DNA from: a virus
Taxonomy: Duplodnaviria > Caudoviricetes
Virus record (IMG/VR): IMGVR_UViG_2840526738_000004
Location: 1 to 64,000 of that record
Reading direction: 5' to 3' (one strand)
DNA length: 64,000 nt
The notes beneath the pieces are model-generated. The model worked only from the letters and a program-made list of their open reading frames with translations. It ran no database searches and was not told the DNA's origin. This document shows positions 1-10,600 of the stretch, piece by piece. Position 1 is the stretch's first letter. Each line of letters opens with the position of its first letter. A program made the translations under genes and the position numbers.

Positions 1-73
1 GAATATGTGTATTTTGCTAATTGCGGTTATATATGTGTTATTATAGTACATTTTGATACAGTATAATTCAGTA

Positions 74-1486
74 TCATACAGTAAGATTTAAGCTGTTTTG
101 AGCAACTTTTGAGTACCCATTCTTGTGGAAGAACTGTATGTTACGTTGTTTCTTTTCTTCTTCCATATCTTTAGGGTCAACGAAGTGGCTATATACATAA
201 TCAACCATTTTCGTATCTTTGTGCCCAAGGAACTTAGCAACATCTTCTTTTGGCATTCCTCTTTCAAGTAACATTGTACAAGCTGAATGCCTCATTCCAT
301 GAAGTGTGATATTTCTTTTAATGCCATTCATCACGATGCTGTTTTCTTCAATGTTGGTATAGCCTTTTACTTCTTGGAAAGTTCTGTCCAAACTTGACTT
401 TGGAATAGGCTTAGGATTGCGACCGAAGAAATCAAAGAATATAAACTGGTTCTTATCAAACAGATTATTAACTCTTAGAAAATTACTGAACATACCCAAT
501 TCTTCTACTAACTCATCGAACATGGTTATAATTCTAATGCTATCATCTGTCTTAGGCTTGCTCGTGTAAGCCTCTAATCCAAATAATCCAGCATATGTTT
601 CACTAAATTGAGTATCAACATTTATCTTAAAGAGCGGAAAGTCATCTGTAGGATTGATTATATCAGACCAGCGTAACCCTCTCATCTCGTTTCTTCTACA
701 TCCAGTATAGAAGCAAGTCATAAAGAATGCTCTATACATCTTAATGTAGAATTCTACTACGACTGATTTATTATATTCTTCTTTTGTTTTCTTTGGTGCT
801 TTTTTAAAGTTTCTTTCTCTCATTTCTGGCATATGTTGGTCAAAGGTATCAAGGAATATTTGGAACTCTTTTTCTGATAAAAAATTCCTAACAGCTTTTT
901 TACTTTTCTGTTTTTTACCCTTACTACTTATTACTATCTCAGTACAGAATGTATTAGTTACAAAACCATAATCTCTTGCAAATAAGAACACTCTATCAAT
1001 ATTGTGGAATACACAACTTATAGTACCTTTAGAAAGATAACTATAAGTTTTATTGATATATCTTTTTGCTTCCTTTACGTCATTTATAACTAAATCCTCA
1101 ATATATGCCTTGCCTATCAGATCGTTAACCGTCGGTTCGTTGATAACATATTTCATGATGTTTGACTTGAACTTTCCTACTGTCTGAGGGCTTTTTTCTT
1201 CTGTCATATATTCTTCCCTCATATGCTCAAAACATTCGTTAAACACATCAATGAACTTATGTTTCTCATTTGTTCTGTTTTCTTTCGCAAATAGCAAATT
1301 CTTTTCTTTAGTTTCTCTGATATATGCTTTTACTTTAGATGTACTAGGGAACAATGGTGTCCACTTCTGTTTACCTGTACCATCGTTCTTATCTCTAAAT
1401 CTTTTAGCATACATCGTTTTCCCATCTTTAACCGTCTTGTAAAATTTCTCATGTGTCTTGGGATCTTCATAGTTATTTGCCCACAT
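74..1486 (-). CDS. int: Phage integrase (tyrosine recombinase)
   Basis: Complete catalytic set: YTGCRRNE (R), HGMRH (HxxR), LGH, VYSH (Y). Last gene of the leftward arm. Confidence 0.93.
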   Translation of the reverse strand: MWANNYEDPKTHEKFYKTVKDGKTMYAKRFRDKNDGTGKQKWTPLFPSTSKVKAYIRETKEKNLLFAKENRTNEKHKFIDVFNECFEHMREEYMTEEKSPQTVGKFKSNIMKYVINEPTVNDLIGKAYIEDLVINDVKEAKRYINKTYSYLSKGTISCVFHNIDRVFLFARDYGFVTNTFCTEIVISSKGKKQKSKKAVRNFLSEKEFQIFLDTFDQHMPEMRERNFKKAPKKTKEEYNKSVVVEFYIKMYRAFFMTCFYTGCRRNEMRGLRWSDIINPTDDFPLFKINVDTQFSETYAGLFGLEAYTSKPKTDDSIRIITMFDELVEELGMFSNFLRVNNLFDKNQFIFFDFFGRNPKPIPKSSLDRTFQEVKGYTNIEENSIVMNGIKRNITLHGMRHSACTMLLERGMPKEDVAKFLGHKDTKMVDYVYSHFVDPKDMEEEKKQRNIQFFHKNGYSKVAQNSLNLTV

Positions 1487-1509
1487 GAGAATATACCTCC
1501 TTCAAACTC

Positions 1510-1538
1510 ATAGTAACACTTCTCCTTTCGTGTATCAA
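1510..1538 (-). promoter_or_regulatory. Sigma-A-like promoter for the integrase
   Basis: Minus strand TTGATA-17 nt-TACTAT, just downstream of a terminator and upstream of the GGAGG RBS of int. Confidence 0.6.
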
Positions 1539-1548
1539 GAGGATATTC

Positions 1549-1584
1549 AAAAAAAAGGGCACCAAGAATTACTCGGCGCCCTTA
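1549..1584 (-). terminator. Intrinsic terminator between excisionase and integrase
   Basis: AGGGCGCCGAG-TAATT-CTTGGTGCCCT followed by a T run on the minus strand. Confidence 0.85.
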
Positions 1585-1829
1585 ATCATGTCATGGTATA
1601 ATTCTAATAATTCCTTGTTGTTATAGTACTCTAGGAACTTGTCTAAGCGTATTTTTGTCTTTAATCCTAGACCAATTGCCATTGGGAGATAAGTTTCTAA
1701 AACGCTTATTCTAAGCTTTCTAGCTTCATTTGTTGAACACCCAGTAAGTACCTTTATATCTGCAATACTGATGTATTGCTTTGTACGCATAATATCCTTA
1801 ATAGCTGCTACATTCATCGGCAACCACAA
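1569..1829 (-). CDS. Putative excisionase / small HTH DNA-binding protein
   Basis: Small basic HTH-like protein (ISIADIKVLTGCSTNEARKL) directly upstream of int. Confidence 0.55.
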   Translation of the reverse strand: MWLPMNVAAIKDIMRTKQYISIADIKVLTGCSTNEARKLRISVLETYLPMAIGLGLKTKIRLDKFLEYYNNKELLELYHDMIKGAE

Positions 1830-2086
1830 TCCTTTCCCTTAAGCATTTCTTTGAGATTTTTTCTGAAATTTTTTGAACTGCAATATACGCCTTCAAAGGT
1901 TGTGGTAGTTGGTTTGTCTACTTTCGTAGTTATAAAATCAATCAAATCGCTTATAGAAAGCGCCTTGATAGTAATAAGTCCTTCTTTATCGACTGCAACC
2001 ACACTTGCGTTATCATTATTCATAACAATGGACAGTATTTCACCAGTTTCTTTATTCTCATACGCGAATGAACATGTACTTATCAT
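1814..2086 (-). CDS. Hypothetical protein
   Basis: Tightly packed ORF in the minus-strand operon. Confidence 0.6.
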   Translation of the reverse strand: MISTCSFAYENKETGEILSIVMNNDNASVVAVDKEGLITIKALSISDLIDFITTKVDKPTTTTFEGVYCSSKNFRKNLKEMLKGKDCGCR

Positions 2087-2328
2087 AACTCAATACCCTC
2101 ATCATTAGCACGTTCTTCTAACAACATTATGTATCTATTCATTGTATGCAACTGTTCACGTAAAACACCCATTGGGCATTTAGGTTCAAACAATAATGTA
2201 CCATTGTCAAATTCATAAATCATATTGTCTAGCTTTTCTGCTCTGATTTTCAATTGATAGTATTCTGCTCTGAATCTATCCTTATAATCGTCACTTTCCA
2301 TTAATTCAATTGTTTCTTTTAATTCCAT
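2083..2328 (-). CDS. crAss001_48-related small helical phage protein (possible nucleotide-signal sponge)
   Basis: Pattern MELKETIELM.S.DYK.RF.AEYYQLKIR...EERA..EGIEL recalled for this family; not searched. Confidence 0.6.
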   Translation of the reverse strand: MELKETIELMESDDYKDRFRAEYYQLKIRAEKLDNMIYEFDNGTLLFEPKCPMGVLREQLHTMNRYIMLLEERANDEGIEL

Positions 2329-2354
2329 ATTTTTGTCCTTTCCTTTATGTGCTT

Positions 2355-2660
2355 TTATTCTTCCTCTATAATGTCATAAGTCTTTTCAAAGATATCAGGC
2401 TTGCATGGATACAATTCTCCATTTACACCCTTAATGACATAATCACCAACACTAACATGATGTTTGCCTTCCAACGTGTTGATCATAAGTTCGGCTGGCT
2501 TTCCTTCATAATCTTCAAAAAACATTGTTCCATTCATTAGTGCTTGTGCAGCCCATATTGGTATATATTGCATTCCATTGGTATACATAAAATCCCCATC
2601 GTATTGAAATGCTTCTACTTCTACTGGTTTCTTTCTTGCTTTCATTCCACTACCATCCAA
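2355..2660 (-). CDS. Conserved phage protein with KKPV.VEA...TLEG...GDY.IKGV.GE.YPCKPDIF..TY signature (possibly Acb4-like sponge)
   Basis: Signature is clear in the translation; the Acb4 link is from memory and unverified. Confidence 0.6.
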   Translation of the reverse strand: MDGSGMKARKKPVEVEAFQYDGDFMYTNGMQYIPIWAAQALMNGTMFFEDYEGKPAELMINTLEGKHHVSVGDYVIKGVNGELYPCKPDIFEKTYDIIEEE

Positions 2661-3136
2661 TCATCTGATAACATATCAGCTTGAGATGCAAGCCATCCAA
2701 GTTGCACACCACTTGTGCCAACAAAAGCAATTGTTTTATTTCCCATGTCGCTATGGTCAACATTAACAACTTCATCATTAGTATTCTTATAACTAACGTT
2801 AGTAGCTAGTTCAATGTATTGGTTCTTTCCATTCCATCCTTTTCTAGCTAACTTCAATCCTCTCTTTACAAGCTTGATAGCATCTCCAAAACTCATATAT
2901 GCTACTCCGCCTAAGATGGGAGTATCTTCATCTCTCGCAAAACCCCACTCATCAGATAAAATATTTTCCAAAGTATAATCAACTCGTTGGGTTTCTCTAA
3001 TATCTAATACCTCTCCATCTTTTGTATACATCATGATGGTTTCTTTTTCTTTATCCCAAGTCCAATAACCACACCAACTTGGTAGTTTCATTTGATATCC
3101 AAGTTTTAAATAAAATAACGCTTCTTTAAAATCCAT
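2642..3136 (-). CDS. tad2: Tandem two-domain Tad2 / DUF2829 (Thoeris anti-defence 2-like) protein
   Basis: Two repeats of the M.F..A...K.G......W ... DW pattern: MDFKEALFYLKLG...ILSDEW and MSFGDAIKLVKRGLKLARKGWNGK...GWLASQADMLSDDW. Confidence 0.8.
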   Translation of the reverse strand: MDFKEALFYLKLGYQMKLPSWCGYWTWDKEKETIMMYTKDGEVLDIRETQRVDYTLENILSDEWGFARDEDTPILGGVAYMSFGDAIKLVKRGLKLARKGWNGKNQYIELATNVSYKNTNDEVVNVDHSDMGNKTIAFVGTSGVQLGWLASQADMLSDDWMVVE

Positions 3137-3148
3137 TTTATTATCCTC

Positions 3149-3433
3149 CTATAGCTTAATAGCTTTATTGTCCCATTTCTTGTATGCATCTAAATATATT
3201 TCTTTTTTATCGCCATTATAAGTTATTTCATAATACATTCCATCACTTATATTTGTACTTGCTAAAGCTTTGTTATTCTGTAACGTTTTGCATGACCAAA
3301 CAATATATATATCATTCTCTGTAATTTTCTTTTTGTCTGTCTGATCAACGTTACTATTAAAATAGTTTGCTACAATTTTTTTGCATAATTGTAAAAATTC
3401 GTTATTACCCATATTATTTATCTCCTTCACCAA
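3149..3433 (-). CDS. DUF6275-like conserved phage protein
   Basis: Motif VWSCKTLQNNKAL.ST..SDGMYYEITYNGDK.E.Y.DAYKKW, recalled family signature. Confidence 0.7.
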   Translation of the reverse strand: MVKEINNMGNNEFLQLCKKIVANYFNSNVDQTDKKKITENDIYIVWSCKTLQNNKALASTNISDGMYYEITYNGDKKEIYLDAYKKWDNKAIKL

Positions 3434-3451
3434 CAGGTTTACTTCTTACTC

Positions 3452-4280
3452 TCATTCTATTTCCTCACTTATTCCTAAAATATATTCTATTTTCCATGGT
3501 TCAGTATCTTTATCTTCTATAAATGTAAACAGGTCATTAAACATATCATTTGAATCAATATAATTTATACTGCCAGATGGTAACCATATATCGTTATTTT
3601 CTTTATCTCTGTATGGTTTATCTTTCCAGCAAGTAACCTCACCCTCATCTCTAGTGATCCATTTATATCCTTTATCTAAATAATACTTTAAACATTCTTC
3701 TTCCAATGTAGACAATTCAGGTACTAATGATGGTATTTCAATGTCCATTGGCGTAAATAACTCGAAGTTTGAACATCCTTCTTTAAGGATGCAACCGTGA
3801 CAACCATTACAATTGTGACAATAGTTCTTAATTGTATTTAATGCTTTTATTACTTCTATTTTTTGTTTTTCCATATTAAATATCCTTTCTAATGGCGCAT
3901 ATGATACGTTTAAATACGTTTTTATTGCGGAATGTACGAATTCTATACATTAGTTCGTTATACTTATCTTCATACTCTACCAAACGTTTACATTGTCTGT
4001 CGTATCTTTCTTCCCATGGCTCTTGATGTATGCAACCCCAACCATCTTTCCAAGTTGTTTCATATTTATTTAATTTTGCTTCATATTCACCCAACTGCTT
4101 ATTTAATTTATTGATCTTCTTATTATTTTCCTCGAACCATTTAATGAATTCTTCTTTAGACTTAACATTAAATGTTACTTGTGTTCCATCCTGTAGATTG
4201 ATAGTCAAACCAGCATTTTCACTTGTGATACCTCTAATGACTGCACTACTTTCATTTAATTCAACTAATACATTTTTCAT
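3452..4280 (-). CDS. Two hypothetical proteins (3452-3874 Cys-rich N-terminus; 3876-4280 coiled-coil)
   Basis: Consecutive ORFs with minimal gaps. Confidence 0.6.
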
Positions 4281-4400
4281 TATTACTTGTCAACCTCCTC
4301 AATATAGATATTAATTTCACAGACATCATCTTGATTATCTCCTGCAATTTCATATGCTTCATCTTCATTTTCAGCTTCAATCTCTAATTCTGCATAGCCT

Positions 4401-5327
4401 TTATATATTGCTTTGTATTTTTTCTTCATGCCTATCCTTTCCTTCACTCATTTTCCTGTAACCTATTCTACGATATTCATCATATACAGGCTTCCATATG
4501 TATTCACATTGCTTACGTTCAGCTGGAAGTAATTCTTCCATTACATCTAATTGTTCTTTCAGTTTAATTGCGAATGGACACCCTTTACATCCTGTGCGTT
4601 CAAAGTTGAATGGCGGATAATATAGTTTACATAGTTCAATATCACGCTGTTTTATATACCAATCCATCCAATCATCAGTAACTGGATTCAATGGATTGAA
4701 TACTTTTATATTTCTTTTTTTGTCATATATAACGCATTCATGATGATTTGCTCTGGAACCACCTTCACTCATACGAACCCCTGTAATTGGTATTTTTCTA
4801 GTTGTCTGTTTTTCATATTTATGAAAGTTTTGTTTTTTAAAAAGCTCACAACATTTTTCGCTTATTTTTAAATCATTTTCACATGTAAATTGATATTTAA
4901 GACAATTAGGACATTTAAATAAACTCCCTGTACCATCTGATTTTGTTCCATTTAAATAGTTACGTGGTGACATGGTTAGACCATTCCTCTGATACTCACT
5001 TACTTTCTTTGAATGCATTTTAGATTTGAATGGATATCCATATTCTTCTAATGATAATTTAATATTTCGTTCATTGTTAATGATTACGAATCTATCATCA
5101 TTTTGACAAAAAGATTTCACAAATTTTACTATATCCACAAATTCCAATCCAGTATTAATAAATACCCTTTCAATTTTATTGTTAGGTAATGCTTCATCCA
5201 TCAAGTAATGTAATACCGTACTGTCTTTACCACCACTAAACGAAATATAGAAATTTTCCTCTCCATATTTATTGATGACCAGCTTGATCATCTCAATACG
5301 GTCAAATAATAATGTTTCGTTATCCAA
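4401..5327 (-). CDS. PAPS-reductase (CysH/DndC-like) family PP-loop protein
   Basis: SFSGGKDS PP-loop, CC and RTGCKGCP Fe-S ligands. Confidence 0.9.
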   Translation of the reverse strand: MDNETLLFDRIEMIKLVINKYGEENFYISFSGGKDSTVLHYLMDEALPNNKIERVFINTGLEFVDIVKFVKSFCQNDDRFVIINNERNIKLSLEEYGYPFKSKMHSKKVSEYQRNGLTMSPRNYLNGTKSDGTGSLFKCPNCLKYQFTCENDLKISEKCCELFKKQNFHKYEKQTTRKIPITGVRMSEGGSRANHHECVIYDKKRNIKVFNPLNPVTDDWMDWYIKQRDIELCKLYYPPFNFERTGCKGCPFAIKLKEQLDVMEELLPAERKQCEYIWKPVYDEYRRIGYRKMSEGKDRHEEKIQSNI

Positions 5328-5335
5328 GTGGTTAC

Positions 5336-5617
5336 CTATTCATACTCCTCATAGTAGATTATCATTCTTACTGTTTCAGCGTAATGATGTTCTAATGTTG
5401 CACCTTCACTGTATTCCCAACCTTTTAACATGTATATTGCATCGCAATATTTAAGCTCACACAGTCCCATATCAATATAATCTTTGTAATTAAATCCTTC
5501 TGGTTTAACAGGATTGATTACAATGTGTCCTTGTGCTTCTAGTTCCTTTTGTTTCTTTTCAAACTGTTCCTTATAATTAGGATTTCCAGTTATTCTGCCT
5601 GCTAAATAGATTTTCAA
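5336..5617 (-). CDS. DUF4406 family protein
   Basis: KIYLAGRITG...INP...CDAIYMLKGWEYSEGATLEH signature. Confidence 0.85.
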   Translation of the reverse strand: MKIYLAGRITGNPNYKEQFEKKQKELEAQGHIVINPVKPEGFNYKDYIDMGLCELKYCDAIYMLKGWEYSEGATLEHHYAETVRMIIYYEEYE

Positions 5618-6321
5618 CTATTAACCCTTTCCGTTACCTCTTTTATTCTTTGTTCAGCTATATTAAAATATTGTTCATCCAACTCAAAACCAATATAATT
5701 ACGTTTTATTTTAATTGCAGCAATACATGTGCTTCCAATTCCAATAAATGGATCTAGTACAACTCCGCCCTCTTTTGACGAATTATCAATCAGTATTTCC
5801 ATCAACGCTACAGGTTTCTCAGTATCATGAAGGTTCTTGCCATTTTTATCTTTTGTCTTCTTGTTCGGGATATCAAGTATATCAGATGTACCACAATGGT
5901 TTATCTTTACACCTTTTCCTTTTCGGAAGAATAAGATATACTCAAATTGTGACATGTAGAATTGCCCCATAATTTTATTACCTTTATTCCAAACAAGTGA
6001 CTTAATAAACTTAAATCCACATTCAGTAGCTGTATTCAACATATTTTGCAGATTTACATGATTAGTCATTATGTAGCAGTGAGAACCATCTTTCAGAACT
6101 CTGTATAATTCAGGCAAATAATCTATAGGTTGTATATCATTATGATTAAATACCTTACCTTGCATGTTTATCTTCTTTTGCATCATTCCGCCACTATTGC
6201 CAGCATTTCCTCTTGCTGTTGTTTTATATGGTGGATCTGTTATTACTAAATCTATACTTTTATCAGGTATTTCTTTCATTAATTCAAGACAGTTCCCTTG
6301 CTTAATAAAGCTGTTATTCAA
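5614..6321 (-). CDS. N6-adenine/N4-cytosine DNA methyltransferase (beta class)
   Basis: Catalytic TDPPY near the N-terminus, HDTEKPVALM, and SAM-binding LDPFIGIGST near the C-terminus. Confidence 0.92.
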   Translation of the reverse strand: MNNSFIKQGNCLELMKEIPDKSIDLVITDPPYKTTARGNAGNSGGMMQKKINMQGKVFNHNDIQPIDYLPELYRVLKDGSHCYIMTNHVNLQNMLNTATECGFKFIKSLVWNKGNKIMGQFYMSQFEYILFFRKGKGVKINHCGTSDILDIPNKKTKDKNGKNLHDTEKPVALMEILIDNSSKEGGVVLDPFIGIGSTCIAAIKIKRNYIGFELDEQYFNIAEQRIKEVTERVNS

Positions 6322-6337
6322 TCACGATTCCTTTCCG

Positions 6338-6952
6338 TTACTCGTTACAAACCATCGTTATAGTTTTTAACATTCCTACTATGTCGTACTCATAGTTTAC
6401 TTTCTTTTTACGTCTATCGACCTTAATTCCAATCTGTTCAGCATCATCTTTATTGATACTCTTTTTGCCACAGTATCTAGTCCATTCTACAAAGTCTACA
6501 ATTGGAATTGCATATGTACCACCTTCGGTTGTTTCACCCTTAGAATTAGTTCTATCGGCGTAATCAAGTACTAACATCGCATACACATTATCAAAGTTTG
6601 TACGCTTCAATAATGACCTGACCTGATGTGGTTTTATCATTACTTTTTTCTTTGTATCTTCATATGATGGTTGATTAAAGCTTATACTTGTATTCTTAGT
6701 TGCTTTTAATTCAACATAGAACAGAGAATAGCTGTCAAACAAGAAACAGTCGCAAGGAGAATTAAGCGTAAACCTAATTGCTCCTCCATTGTTCTGTCCA
6801 AACTTGTTTCTATTCTGTCCAAACTTGTTGCTATCTGGAAAGCGTTCATATAACAAATTCTGTTTTTCTGCTGAATCTTTGAAGTTATCTTCAAATACTT
6901 TACCGTTATTTCGCACTCTCGTCACCATACGATTCTGCAACGTCAATCCCAA
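6338..6952 (-). CDS. recU: RecU-family Holliday junction resolvase
   Basis: GKVFEDNFKDS, PCDCFLF, VELK and IKPHQ motifs. Confidence 0.8.
   Translation of the reverse strand: MGLTLQNRMVTRVRNNGKVFEDNFKDSAEKQNLLYERFPDSNKFGQNRNKFGQNNGGAIRFTLNSPCDCFLFDSYSLFYVELKATKNTSISFNQPSYEDTKKKVMIKPHQVRSLLKRTNFDNVYAMLVLDYADRTNSKGETTEGGTYAIPIVDFVEWTRYCGKKSINKDDAEQIGIKVDRRKKKVNYEYDIVGMLKTITMVCNE
6792..6833. repeat. 21-bp tandem duplication inside recU
   Basis: TTCTGTCCAAACTTGTT at 6792 and 6813; encodes NKFGQN twice. Confidence 0.85.
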
Positions 6953-7629
6953 TCTGTCTCATGTCGAATACAGATTGTTCTAAACATTCCATTTCTGTGT
7001 ACATATAAAATAAGATATCTTTACATTGCTTTGTACTTTCGTATTCACCTATAACAAATTTTTCTCCATCACGATAAGCATATATGTATGTAAATTCTAT
7101 ACTTACATAATCTACTTCACCAAAGAACATACCGTTTTGACTTAAAACAGTTATTTTCATTTATTTATCCAAAGGCTCCCAGTATGTTTCTTCGATTATG
7201 CGTGTTTTTCTCGTAACTTCATATGGCTGGTCGTGTACAAAACTTTCTTGGTGTTCTGTAAGTCCTTTTCTCCAGTCTAATGCAAAATATCTACCGCCAA
7301 TTTCTAAAATAGTTTGTACATTTTGTGTCCATCTTCCGCTATCTCCTTCTATTTCCTCAAATGTAAAGGTGTATAATATATCCCACAAATCTCCTTCATT
7401 AAACTCATCCCCTGAATCAAATCTTTGTAAAAATTCTTGTTCTGTCATTCTACTTTCCTTTCTTTACCTTTCGTTTCTTTCTATTGATTGCATGTCTACA
7501 AATCTTTCTCACAACCCAAGCTTCCAGCTTATTCAAATGGATGTGTAGTTCATTTTCTAATTGAATATCAGGATTTCTCCTGTAATATTCATATGTAATC
7601 TGTCTTTGTCTTTGTGTTAATGCTCCCAT
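6906..7629 (-). CDS. Three small hypothetical proteins (6906-7160, 7161-7448, and a 59-aa basic ORF at about 7450-7629)
   Basis: ORF track, plus manual translation MGALTQRQRQITYEYYRR...KKGK for the third. Confidence 0.55.
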
Positions 7630-10600
7630 TAATTCTCCTTCCTATACTTTTCCTGAACATATTTTGTTCTATTCAAGTAATCCTCTAATGTTTCAATGCT
7701 TTGTAAACAACCTTTTACTTCTGAGTCTTTCTTTATTCTACATACAACGCACTTACCATTCTTTAGCAAGTCAATATATTGTGTATACTTGTTTGCGAAC
7801 ACTGTAATATCAAATGTAACATTACCAACACCTAGATTGATGAACGCCATTTTTTTACCTTTGTTCTTGCCATTCTTAATTACGTTGGTCTTACAGTTGA
7901 TGATGACTCCACCAACCCAACCTTCTTCTTCAACATTGACCTTATTCCAATCAGGAAGATAAACACCTTCAAATGGATTACCAGATAGGTGTACATTCAG
8001 TACTTCCATTTCCCAATCTAACTCCGTTCCTTGACAGTATTTATCCTTGAATTTACTCCATTCTAGGCGCATTCTATGGTCATTGAATATATGTGTACAA
8101 AGTTCTTTATCGTCTTGCTGTTCAGGTGTAATAAGCCCCATATCGAACAGCTGTTTAATATTAGTCTTGTTAGCCTTTTTGATTGGTTTTTTATCTTCTT
8201 TGCCAGCATTAAATCTTGCAATAAAGTACTGTTGAAATAAGAACATCTTTCCTTTATTGGTTAATGAATCTAACGCACCTGACTTAATCAGAGCAACAAC
8301 GTCACCTTTATTCATTGTAATTGCTGTTGTCATGAAGTCTGTTATAGATACGAATGGTCTATTAGCAAGGATTGTTTTTAAACCATTCTCTGTTAGACCT
8401 TTAATGGAACCTAAACCAATCAGAATTTCATTATTTCTTTGATTAGGTGTATATGACAATCCAGAATTGTTGATATCAGGATTGTTTAATTCAAAACCTA
8501 ATCGCTTTGCTTCTGATAACAATGTTGAGGCTTTATCTGTACCTTCATCCATAATCAGACAAGCGGTAAGATACTCAATAGGATAATGAACTTTCAGATA
8601 TGCGGTAAGATATGACAACAAAGCATACGCTACAGCGTGTCCTCAGGGTCGATTGAAGCAATATTCAGACTGTTTTAATAACAAGTTCCAAATGGCTTCA
8701 ATCTGTTCATCACCCCAATTCCTTTTTCTAAGACCTTCTTCAAACTTAGGTCGTAATGTTCTCATTACATTTTCTTTTTTCTTACCAATTGCTCTACGAC
8801 CAGTTTCTACTTCAACTTCTGGAAAGCCAGCATATCGCAATAATGATAATGCTTGTTCCTGATATAACAATACACAATGAGATTGTTTGAATAATCTCTT
8901 TAAATCTGGATGAATGACTGTTATATCGTATGGATGTAATTTATTGTGACAATAATCTGGGAAGCTGTCCTTAGTACCTGGTCGGTTAGCACTGTTTACA
9001 ACAATAATATCTTCAATGTTGTCTGTCTTAGCTTCAATAAGCATTCTTCTAGCCTCTGCCGACTCCATTTGAAATACGCCTACTGTTTCACCAGTCTTGT
9101 ATACTTCATCATATACTTTTCTATCATTTAAATCTAAATGGTTTATATCAACATCTTCCCATGTAATTCCAGCAAACTTTAATGTCATATCTGCAATTGA
9201 CAAATTCTTTAGCCCAAGTGAGTCCATCTTGATCAGTTTGATATCATCCATTAACGCATGCATTTCAGCTTGGTGCATAATTTCGCCATCTTTGTTGTAA
9301 CAAACAGGACAATATTCTGTTACAGGCTTTGGTGTAACCATGATTGCTGATGCATGACAACCTCTTGACTTAGGAAGTCCTGATAGCTTTAATGCGTATT
9401 CAAACCACATTGGATATTGCTTATACAATTTTTGTAGCTCATCATTACCTTTGATTGCATCCTTTAGCGATACATCTATCTCAATTTCATTTCCATCTTT
9501 ATCAACTTTTTTGATAACAGGAATAGTTTTAGATACAAGGTCACGTAATTCAGGTGTAATCATTCCTTTATATGGACTATCTTCTTTATCGTTTAGAACA
9601 CGCCCTATATCTCTGATTGCAACCTTGTTTGAGAACGTATTGAATGTTGAAATATTACATACATTTTCTTCTCCAAACAAATCTTTCATTACTTGGATCA
9701 TATCTCCACGTTTTAATTTATCAACATCATAATCGAAATCAGCCAGAGTTCCTTTTCTACCGATATTTGCAAACCTACTAAAGTCTAATCCCCAGCGAAC
9801 ACTATCAATTTGCGTTACATTTAACATGAATAAACACAAACAATTAGCTCCACTACCTCTTGAATATCCTAATGGTATCTTTCTTCTTCTGCATTCTTCT
9901 GAAATCATATTCAGCATGATAAGGTAATCAACAAAGTCAAGTTCCTCCAGTACAGGTATTTCCATTTCTATTCTTTCTCTGCGAATTTGCTGTTCTTCCT
10001 CATTCATCCAACCAAACTTTTCGTCAAATGTCTTATAACATAAATACCTTAAATATTCAGTGCTATTCTTATATTCGCTAGGAACCTTGATATGTGGCAT
10101 TTGCGGTTCGTTATCCAACCCAACATCTACTTGTTCACACATATCTACTATCTCTTGTGTGGCTTGCATGCCTTGTTTTATAGCCTTTATAGGTAACTGG
10201 TTACTCAATATATCCAATACATCTTTTTCATTCTGCATGAAGCAATCAGTGTATTGTTCTGATAATTCTCTATCCATGCTCACTTCAACGAACATTGCAT
10301 GAGAGTCAACATCATCTTTTGCTATCATATGCGCATCAGTTGTAATAACATATGGGTAATCATATTCAACAGCAAAGTCATATATCAATTTGTTAGCTTC
10401 TAACTGACTTTGAGTACTATGAGATTGAATTTCACAATACACTTTGTCAAATGTATTGTCTAAATCATCCATATACTCCTCAGCTTCTTCTTCCATACCA
10501 TTTACTAGGTATTTACTCAAACGCCCAGCCTGACATGCTGTTAAACAGATTATTCCTCGACCCCAATCGTTATTTCTAATACGGTTAATATCAATTCTAG

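Noticed and set aside
1-73. att site next to the integrase
   Set aside because: The position is plausible, but no partner repeat is visible in this window.
8643-8645. Genome-wide TGA reassignment as the explanation for the dnaE stop
   Set aside because: Other genes end normally at TGA (for example the integrase) and no other long gene is fragmented at TGA.
8649-8670. Split intein or group I intron in dnaE at the EY|CFN site
   Set aside because: There is no intein sequence, and no U|...G boundary within the few extra bases restores the frame.
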